Below, piece after piece: positions 57,951-64,000 of a DNA stretch of 64,000 nucleotides (position 1 is its first letter; the number at the start of each line of letters is the position of its first letter). The stretch spans positions 1 through 64,000 of the IMG/VR virus record IMGVR_UViG_3300002231_000753, one strand, 5' to 3'. The notes beneath the pieces are model-generated. The model did no database searches. It was not told the origin of the DNA and worked only from the letters and a program-made list of their open reading frames with translations. Position numbers and translations under genes: made by a program. This DNA is from an uncultured virus (IMG/VR IMGVR_UViG_3300002231_000753) (Duplodnaviria; Heunggongvirae; Uroviricota; Caudoviricetes; Schitoviridae).

Positions 57951-58260
57951 TCATAAGTCATCTTCTTTGGCATCGGGAATCTCATTTAATAAGTAATGGA
58001 AATGTTCCATTACTTTTTTAGTAGAAGTTGCTTTATAGGTAGTAAAATTTCTACTACTTATTTTATCAATTGTGGTTGAATGAAGTATAATTTCCGTAAA
58101 TGGCCAAAAAGAATAATTAAACATGCTGACAATAATAATATAGCTAAACCCATCTACTTTTTTCGTATACTTATAAGTGTGCTGACGTGTAGATTCCTCT
58201 TCTACCTCTAAACCTAAAATAAATAACTCAAACTTAATTCTTTTAAAGCGTAGTTCTTTT
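57951..58260 (-). CDS. Degenerate array paralog (RFKRIKFELFILGL); start uncertain
   Basis: Partial motif and similar length. Confidence 0.5.
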
Positions 58261-58506
58261 CTCTTGAGTAAGTTTGTTAATTTCTTCCATAATGCCTTTA
58301 TAAGAGTCAAACCATTTTCCTCCAATAGTTCCGCCTAAACAGTATCCACCATACTCACTTACATAAGTTCGAAAGGTTAAATCAGATCTACCGCTGTTAT
58401 CACGCCATTCTGTATATTCAGCAAGATGGGGTATATCTGCATCTTCTTTATTTACTGGAAGTATATTTAATAGAAATAGATTGGCTTTAAATTCATTGAA
58501 CGTCAT
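58243..58506 (-). CDS. Array paralog (MTFNEFKANLFLLNI)
   Basis: Shared N-terminal motif; YKGIMEEINKL. Confidence 0.75.
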   Translation of the reverse strand: MTFNEFKANLFLLNILPVNKEDADIPHLAEYTEWRDNSGRSDLTFRTYVSEYGGYCLGGTIGGKWFDSYKGIMEEINKLTQEKRTTL

Positions 58507-58804
58507 ATTTAATATAACCTGTTAAGTGTTCTAGCATGTGGGAATAAGAATGAGTTTTTGTTAATATTTTACCTGTAGATCTTACGACTAAAGTCATAGA
58601 ACCATCAGGTAAAAAACGAATCTGAAGAGAGTATCCTTCATTTACAAATACCGTATAAGAACTGACATCTAAGTTGGAATGATTTAGTTCATACAGTAAT
58701 GTTGCATTATCCTGATATAAATACTGTAAATATTCCTTAGGGCCAGTCTCTTTTATACGGAAGCCTAGGATAATTAGATTGGCTTTAAATTGTTTTCTGT
58801 TCAT
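58493..58804 (-). CDS. Array paralog (MNRKQFKANLIILGF)
   Basis: Shared N-terminal motif. Confidence 0.75.
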   Translation of the reverse strand: MNRKQFKANLIILGFRIKETGPKEYLQYLYQDNATLLYELNHSNLDVSSYTVFVNEGYSLQIRFLPDGSMTLVVRSTGKILTKTHSYSHMLEHLTGYIKYDVQ

Positions 58805-59051
58805 GTTTAATTAACTCATCTATCCATTCAAGAGCATCTTCATGAAAAATCATGCATCTACTTGTAGGCGTATTTTTTACAGATATAGGTTGTACAGTTA
58901 CATCTGCAGTACCGTTCCTATATATATCTATAGTTATTATGATGGATTCATGCAGTTCATTACGTATATACCTTTGACCATTTTTATAATGTGAAAGAGC
59001 TTTAGTAAATTTTAATAATACTAAATTACTTATAAATTCTTTACGCGTCAT
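58785..59051 (-). CDS. Array paralog (MTRKEFISNLVLLKF)
   Basis: Shared N-terminal motif; ALEWIDELIK. Confidence 0.75.
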   Translation of the reverse strand: MTRKEFISNLVLLKFTKALSHYKNGQRYIRNELHESIIITIDIYRNGTADVTVQPISVKNTPTSRCMIFHEDALEWIDELIKHEQKTI

Positions 59052-59289
59052 TGTATGCCTTTATGATTTCATCTATTTTATTGACAGCTTTCTGGAAAGT
59101 AGGCATTTCGTTACGAATTACTCTGATATAGCCATTTTCCCTTATACGTATATCAATGCCTTCAGTTAAAACTCGTACATAGATGCTATAGTGCGATGTA
59201 TCTAAGTCATACCAAGTCCTATCTGAATAGGCTTTATTTAATTTAAAGCCAAGGATCATTAAATTGGATATGAACTGCTCTTTATTCAT
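59041..59289 (-). CDS. Array paralog (MNKEQFISNLMILGF)
   Basis: Shared N-terminal motif; FQKAVNKIDEIIK. Confidence 0.75.
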   Translation of the reverse strand: MNKEQFISNLMILGFKLNKAYSDRTWYDLDTSHYSIYVRVLTEGIDIRIRENGYIRVIRNEMPTFQKAVNKIDEIIKAYNDA

Positions 59290-59518
59290 CTTTAATAAGC
59301 TTATCGATTATTCTTAGTCCAGCCATATAAGGTAAGCTAGTGTATCCATCATATTCTTCGTAAAATCCTGGAACATATTTAACTACATTAATTAAAGGAG
59401 TTTGTCTGAATACAGTTACTTCAATAGAATATCTAGGAAAATCTAAATCATATTTAGTTGAAGTACGTTGCTTAAATCCCATTATCATTAGGTTAGATAT
59501 AAACGCTTTTTTATTCAT
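59282..59518 (-). CDS. Array paralog (MNKKAFISNLMIMGF)
   Basis: Shared N-terminal motif; YMAGLRIIDKLIK. Confidence 0.75.
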   Translation of the reverse strand: MNKKAFISNLMIMGFKQRTSTKYDLDFPRYSIEVTVFRQTPLINVVKYVPGFYEEYDGYTSLPYMAGLRIIDKLIKDE

Positions 59519-59762
59519 TTTGTTGGGTCAACGTATCAAGTATTTTTAAGGCTTCTTCGTAGGTATTAGTAGGATAGCGAATTGAATCGCGGTGATAGAA
59601 TCCGCTTTTATGGGGATAAACATCTATATCTACGCTATCGAAATCTTTCCATATAGCTACAGTTATTTTTACAGATTTAAAATCTCGTTTATAGTTATTA
59701 CCATAATGCTGTTTTAATTTATGGATTAGGGTCAAATTAACTATGAATTCTTTTCGGGTCAT
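59511..59762 (-). CDS. Array paralog (MTRKEFIVNLTLIHK)
   Basis: Shared N-terminal motif; YEEALKILDTL. Confidence 0.75.
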   Translation of the reverse strand: MTRKEFIVNLTLIHKLKQHYGNNYKRDFKSVKITVAIWKDFDSVDIDVYPHKSGFYHRDSIRYPTNTYEEALKILDTLTQQNE

Positions 59763-60015
59763 GTTTATCCATAAAACTATCTATGTCACGTAGGATTTGT
59801 TTGTATTCTTTATGTATGTATTTTTTGTTATTTGAGCCCAGAATATCGTAATAATCTACACGTATTAATTTACCAAAAAAGATTACATCAATGGCATGCT
59901 CTTTACTTAGATCTGTTTCATAAATAGGGTTAACTGAATCACTTTGAGAGTGATCTAGTTTAAATTCATTAAATCCTAAAATGATAAGATTACTTATGAA
60001 CTCTTTCTTGGTCAT
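59737..60015 (-). CDS. Array paralog (MTKKEFISNLIILGF)
   Basis: Shared N-terminal motif; YKQILRDIDSF. Confidence 0.75.
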   Translation of the reverse strand: MTKKEFISNLIILGFNEFKLDHSQSDSVNPIYETDLSKEHAIDVIFFGKLIRVDYYDILGSNNKKYIHKEYKQILRDIDSFMDKHDPKRIHS

Positions 60016-60025
60016 ATTCTTTAAT

Positions 60026-60262
60026 CTATCTATCAATATATTTCAGACCTTTCTCATATGAGATAGTATTTATATCATGCAAAAGAATTCCTGAATCTAA
60101 CTCATATGAATACAGATTATAAATATGTTGTGGTTTTTCATCTGAGCATACACTTATAGATATTTGTGAATTTACTGTTTTATCGTACCATTTAGTTGTT
60201 AAATCAGCTGCCGGTTTAAATCCTAATATCAGTATATTAGTAATAAATTCTTCATAGGTCAT
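60026..60262 (-). CDS. Array paralog (MTYEEFITNILILGF)
   Basis: Shared N-terminal motif; YEKGLKYIDR. Confidence 0.75.
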   Translation of the reverse strand: MTYEEFITNILILGFKPAADLTTKWYDKTVNSQISISVCSDEKPQHIYNLYSYELDSGILLHDINTISYEKGLKYIDR

Positions 60263-60529
60263 AAGATTTAATCACCTTATCGATGTGCTCTATAGCACTT
60301 TGAAATGAGATATTACGCCTATTATCTTTTCCCCTATTTATGGAACCTCCTGTTATATTATTATTAAAAACGACTACGTCTTACTTTGTTTTCTGATATA
60401 TGTACTTCTATGTTTAAACCACGTTCAGGTAAACTTAGATCATACCAAGTATGGACTACGTCACTAGACTTAATATCTTTAATAGATCCTAATATAGTTA
60501 AATTAGCTATAAATATTTTTTCATTTCAT
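60252..60529 (-). CDS. Array paralog hidden by two single-A insertions (MNEKIFIANLTILGS...FQSAIEHIDKVIK)
   Basis: Manual translation with two single-base corrections restores both motifs. Confidence 0.6.
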
Positions 60530-60562
60530 AAAAATAAGGGAGTACCATTAAAGTACTCCCTT
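60530..60562 (-). terminator. Terminator-like hairpin between the AAA ATPase and the array
   Basis: AAGGGAGTAC-7nt-GTACTCCCTT followed by ATTTTT on the - strand. Confidence 0.65.
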
Positions 60563-60582
60563 TCCTTTATTAACAAAGTTCT

Positions 60583-61626
60583 TCAGTGTTTTCTGTTACC
60601 CCACTTTTGAATTTCACTGCGTTCACGTAATTCAATTCTACGGCGCATCATGTCTTGCATCGTTAATACCTGGAATTCTTTAGGCATACGATTCAATACA
60701 TCCATCAATGAACCTAGAGTTTTATCATTTACATTAGCTGCAATGATTCCAGATAATGCAAAGTTTACTGAGGGCTCATTCTCATCATATTTAAAGCCTT
60801 TAGGATCATTCAGAATATCTTCAATCTTAGGTAACTTATCGAAGATCTTACAGAACGTCATAAACTCATTTGCAACACCGGTACCAAGGGTACCAACCAA
60901 AACAGGACGTTTACTGTTTGGAATGGTAGGCCAGTCTTTAATGATACGAGAAGCAAACTCAAGCGTACGTGGGCATGAGAATGTTTTGTCATCCATATTC
61001 GAATTAAAGCTGTGAAGTGAATCAGGCTTATAAGCGATATACGAAGTAAGTCGAGTATCGATGTCATTATCTGCTGCCCAAATTAACCACTCTTTATGGC
61101 TTACTTCTAATTCAAAGTGAACCATACGTGAAGCCATAGCTGTCGATAGTTTATTTACAATGGCTTTATCAGTAATCAAGTTACCTGCTGCCATCATAGC
61201 TACATCTTTGTGCAAATCGAATTGTCCTACTTGTCGATCCAATACTAATTTATATGCACTGGCTTGAACCATTAGAGGAGCTGAATTAATTTCATCTAAT
61301 AGTAGGAGCCATCCGCTATAAGAAGTACCATCATCCTTTTTAGGGAATGGGGTATTTTCAGTAGGGAATGTATCCATAGGCACATAACTAGCGATATTAT
61401 TTTCTCTATCAATAGAAGGAAATCCAGATAGATCAGTCGGGTCACATTGACTTAATCGTAAATCAATTACTTTTAAATTATGTGCTTTAGCTAAATCTTT
61501 AGCTATAGATGATTTACCGATACCCGGACTTGAGTGCATCATTGGCACTAAGCCAGCTCTAAGTACATCCTTCAATAGCTCAGGAGCTTGTGAAGTAGTA
61601 ATAGTGGTTTTCATTGTTGCTTTCAT
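60583..61626 (-). CDS. MoxR-like AAA+ ATPase (N4 gp24-like)
   Basis: Walker A SSPGIGKS, DLRLSQ.DPTDL.GFP, Walker B LLLLDEIN, AAGN, SRMVH, CPR. The true C-terminus probably runs to ~60570 after a frameshift. Confidence 0.9.
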   Translation of the reverse strand: MKATMKTTITTSQAPELLKDVLRAGLVPMMHSSPGIGKSSIAKDLAKAHNLKVIDLRLSQCDPTDLSGFPSIDRENNIASYVPMDTFPTENTPFPKKDDGTSYSGWLLLLDEINSAPLMVQASAYKLVLDRQVGQFDLHKDVAMMAAGNLITDKAIVNKLSTAMASRMVHFELEVSHKEWLIWAADNDIDTRLTSYIAYKPDSLHSFNSNMDDKTFSCPRTLEFASRIIKDWPTIPNSKRPVLVGTLGTGVANEFMTFCKIFDKLPKIEDILNDPKGFKYDENEPSVNFALSGIIAANVNDKTLGSLMDVLNRMPKEFQVLTMQDMMRRRIELRERSEIQKWGNRKH

Positions 61627-61645
61627 TAAAATATTTCCTTTTGGT

Positions 61646-61900
61646 TTATTGTTTAAGTTGTTTAAGTTTATTTTCTATTTGATCTAAAATTTCTTTATAG
61701 GAATGAGTATCAAAGAATACATATCCACCATCCCATCTACCTCCTATAAGATATACCCTAATTTTTCCATCAATACCTCGATTTTTCCTTATATGGATAG
61801 CTACATCTTCAATAGGACCTATTCTACTGATGTTTTTTACAGGTTTATGTAGTTTTAATCCCAGGATTAATAAATTCATTTTGAATTCTTTTTCAGTCAT
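61646..61900 (-). CDS. Array-family paralog upstream of the ATPase (MTEKEFKMNLLILGL)
   Basis: GGAGAG RBS; shared motif; YKEILDQIENKL. Confidence 0.72.
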   Translation of the reverse strand: MTEKEFKMNLLILGLKLHKPVKNISRIGPIEDVAIHIRKNRGIDGKIRVYLIGGRWDGGYVFFDTHSYKEILDQIENKLKQLKQ

Positions 61901-61920
61901 GGTAATGCTCTCCACAGAAG

Positions 61921-61936
61921 GGTGCCGAAGGCAACC
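61921..61936. promoter_or_regulatory. GAA-triloop hairpin, candidate vRNAP-type promoter element
   Basis: GGTGCC-GAA-GGCAACC on the template strand just upstream of a leftward gene; repeated at 55040 and 63965. Confidence 0.45.
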
Positions 61937-61944
61937 ATCTATAA

Positions 61945-62526
61945 TTACCATCCAGTTAAAACGAGATAATTCTTATCCCAATCAAAAATTTTATATAGAT
62001 ACATGTAATTCATTAAACCAACTTCTTTAGTCCAAGCACCTGTTATCTCATATTCAGATGTTTCTTTAAGATAGACGCCATTTTCCCATTCACTTGTTTT
62101 ACGTTTTAAATAGTTTCTAGCAGTAACTAATGCTGCTTTATTTAATTCGGTTGTATATTTATCGTAATTAACGATTTGTTCTATGCATCTCTCCAAATCT
62201 TTAGAGATTTTTGTGATATAAGCTTGTTGTTGCCATATTTCTTCATGAATTAATTTACTGAATTGTTCTTTAGTAAATATTTTAAATTCATGTTCATCAA
62301 TATTTACAGGATAAAAGTTTTCGAGCTTATTTATTACTTTTTCCTGTATAGCACCATCAATCACAATTTCAAATATTCGTTCAAATTGAGGTGGCTGATA
62401 AGGTGTGTAATCATCATTTGGATGTAACAGGGTAATGCTACATGTTATTTCTTCTTCGGATGTAAACTTTGTATAAATACTTTTTTCATATTTAGGTATG
62501 CTGCCTAGATAATTACGGTATCCCAT
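61945..62526 (-). CDS. Hypothetical protein
   Basis: AGGAGA RBS before MGYRNYLG; C-terminal FDWDKNYLVLTGW. Confidence 0.6.
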   Translation of the reverse strand: MGYRNYLGSIPKYEKSIYTKFTSEEEITCSITLLHPNDDYTPYQPPQFERIFEIVIDGAIQEKVINKLENFYPVNIDEHEFKIFTKEQFSKLIHEEIWQQQAYITKISKDLERCIEQIVNYDKYTTELNKAALVTARNYLKRKTSEWENGVYLKETSEYEITGAWTKEVGLMNYMYLYKIFDWDKNYLVLTGW

Positions 62527-62704
62527 CTTCTTTTCTCCTAGAAATGAGTTTAATGGTTTCATTATTTCTATGTTTTATATGACAGCTGCTATGGCTAGTA
62601 AATAATTTAGTGTAATCACTAGGCTTGCCTCCAAATTTCTCGGCTCTTTCTTTAGCACTAGGTATCAAAATTATTTCTTTACCGCAGTATGTGCATTTAG
62701 CCAT
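62513..62704 (-). CDS. Small zinc-binding hypothetical protein
   Basis: CTYC...H..C; GGGGAG RBS. Confidence 0.6.
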   Translation of the reverse strand: MAKCTYCGKEIILIPSAKERAEKFGGKPSDYTKLFTSHSSCHIKHRNNETIKLISRRKEDGIP

Positions 62705-62715
62705 ATACTCTCCCC

Positions 62716-62749
62716 TAAAATAAATAAGCCTCCAATTAAGGAGGCTTAT
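62716..62749 (-). terminator. Rho-independent terminator
   Basis: ATAAGCCTCC-AATTAA-GGAGGCTTAT with a T-rich tail on the - strand. Confidence 0.75.
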
Positions 62750-62893
62750 CAACTGATTATATCTCTATAGTATTTCTGTTTTAGTGCAGCATAGGATACA
62801 TGGCCCAGAACCATGCCCTGGTTATACTGCTATATATGGGAGTGCTGCTCTCCCGGTGAATCATTAAAAGTATGGATAAGATCATTTCAATTC

Positions 62894-63163
62894 CTATAGA
62901 GGAGAGGCTTTACTCAAATGTCTTTGCATGTCTGCAAGTTCAGTACATTTTTTTATGTACCTTGATGTTATTTTACAATAATCACAATTAGTTGGATCGT
63001 GCATTGCTCCAGGTATCTTTGGTTGATGCTTACTGCATAGGTTTACTTTTTCTCTATCATTAAGTATTTCAGCACGTTTCTTTTCTTTGATTTTATCTAA
63101 AATAATTTCTCCTAATTCTGAGCCATACTTTATAGCCAGACATACTCTTTTAAAAATATTCAT
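62894..63163 (-). CDS. Hypothetical protein
   Basis: AGGAG RBS; C..H and CDYC. Confidence 0.55.
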   Translation of the reverse strand: MNIFKRVCLAIKYGSELGEIILDKIKEKKRAEILNDREKVNLCSKHQPKIPGAMHDPTNCDYCKITSRYIKKCTELADMQRHLSKASPL

Positions 63164-63211
63164 TACTGACTCCTGTTATGAAGTAAATAGTAAAAACGAC
63201 AAAATCGCGTC

Positions 63212-63598
63212 TTAGTTGCCAAAGTGCTCGACGGCCTTGGCGTAAATCTCTTTTATGGTGTCCCAGCCAACGGGCACCCTGTACGTGTAGCTCCCATTAC
63301 CGCTACATACTTCGCAATCTTCATCATCTTGATCGCAAGCTGAACATTCGAGTTCAGAAACCTCAAAAAACTCACCAATCATCAAACCTTTTGCGCCGTT
63401 TTCTGCTGTTAGTTCTAATGGCATGGTGCTAAGGCCGCTTGGGATATCAAACAAAAATTTGTCTGTTGTTGTGTCTGTCCCGCCATGCTCATAACGAATG
63501 TAGATGCCGCCCACCATACTTGGGTTTTCGCCAAGAACTTCCACAACTCGTAAATTTCCACTGGACCGGCTTTCTAAAAATAGTTTATGTTTTAACAT
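63212..63598 (-). CDS. Zinc-finger protein with LTAENGAK domain
   Basis: LTAENGAKG...GEF...CSAC...CEVC.G.G...W.TIKEIY; appears more GC-rich than its flanks. Confidence 0.6.
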   Translation of the reverse strand: MLKHKLFLESRSSGNLRVVEVLGENPSMVGGIYIRYEHGGTDTTTDKFLFDIPSGLSTMPLELTAENGAKGLMIGEFFEVSELECSACDQDDEDCEVCSGNGSYTYRVPVGWDTIKEIYAKAVEHFGN

Positions 63599-63682
63599 TT
63601 CATTCTCCTAATTAAATAAATATTGAATGCGATACTGCTTTTGAATTGGTGCAGTACTGCAATCGATATTTATTTAAATAAG

Positions 63683-63737
63683 TAAATACCCTATATACTA
63701 CATGCGTGTGTTAGGTTTGGCGTATATAGGGTATTTA
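63683..63737. repeat. 16-bp inverted repeat with 23-nt spacer
   Basis: TAAATACCCTATATAC...GTATATAGGGTATTTA. Confidence 0.8.
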
Positions 63738-63964
63738 TTGTGTACGTCACTGTTGTAAATTGTACGATCGGTTAATTAGTTCATTGGGCTAAATCCTCCA
63801 TGTTGATTAATCCAGTATTGGCATGAGTTTTGTATAGAGTTATCAATAGAAGCCCTAAAACTGTCCTTAGACTTTAAGTGCCATTGAGTAGTATTAAGGG
63901 TTTTGGGTACTCTTACACTTTCAGTAGAGCAATTTTAGAACTTCTATCATAACTATNATTGGCA

Positions 63965-63979
63965 GGNGCCGAAGGCACC
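63965..63979. promoter_or_regulatory. GAA-triloop hairpin
   Basis: GG(n)GCC-GAA-GGCACC. Confidence 0.45.
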
Positions 63980-64000
63980 CTATTAACTGAGTGCATATTC

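Larger units (their letters stand above)
56406..60529 (-). repeat. Tandem array of about 15 divergent paralogous small genes
   Basis: Consecutive overlapping ORFs sharing the N-terminal M[TND]xxxFxxN[LIM]xxLGF motif and a C-terminal Y/F..A/L..ID..IK helix. Confidence 0.9.

Noticed and set aside
56406..60529. CRISPR array or DGR-like nucleotide repeats
   Set aside because: Similarity is at protein-motif level only. There are no identical DNA repeats and no reverse transcriptase; the Cas4-like gene is the standard N4 gp42-type nuclease.
10999..61626. Many apparently split or pseudogenised essential genes (gp67, fibre, portal, gp54, gp53, gp51, RuvC, SSB, Cas4-like, helicase, AAA)
   Set aside because: Breaks are 1-2 nt shifts, mostly at homopolymers, and N bases are present. 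This indicates an error-prone consensus rather than programmed frameshifting or decay.
1..64000. tRNA genes, integrase, RNAP II subunits, terminal repeats, stop-codon reassignment
   Set aside because: None recognised by eye. Genes are long and open under the standard code. RNAP II genes and genome ends probably lie outside the window.

Overview
This window is most of the genome of an N4-like podophage (Schitoviridae), AT-rich, with probably a gammaproteobacterial host (inferred). The + strand (1-36.8 kb) holds the late genes: a block of beta-helix/beta-propeller virion proteins, terminase, tail fibre, M15 endolysin and holins, portal, scaffold, major capsid, gp55-gp51 equivalents, and the ~3,450-aa virion RNA polymerase. 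The - strand (36.8-64 kb) holds middle/early genes: RuvC, SSB, Sak4-like annealing ATPase, primase, Cas4-like nuclease, PolA, Dda-like helicase, vWA-metallopeptidase and MoxR AAA ATPase. Many genes carry single-base frameshifts at homopolymers and there are N bases, so most apparent splits are probably sequencing errors. Main findings: (1) about 15 translationally coupled, divergent paralogous 78-112 aa genes sharing an N-terminal M-[TN]-x-x-x-F-x-x-N-[LIM]-x-x-L-G-F motif lie between the MoxR ATPase and its vWA partner, plus one copy upstream and one deleted remnant; (2) the PolA gene is in three pieces separated by unrelated genes, with no intron or intein signature; (3) a complete group I intron with an HNH-AP2 ORF interrupts the Sak4-like gene; (4) candidate host-manipulation genes include a SutA-like protein, an RNAP alpha-CTD-like protein and a Tad2/DUF2829 fusion; (5) a counter-oriented island encodes a 'CCC' coiled-coil protein; (6) three TGCC-GAA-GGCA hairpins resemble N4 vRNAP promoters. 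All family calls come from motif recognition, not database searches.
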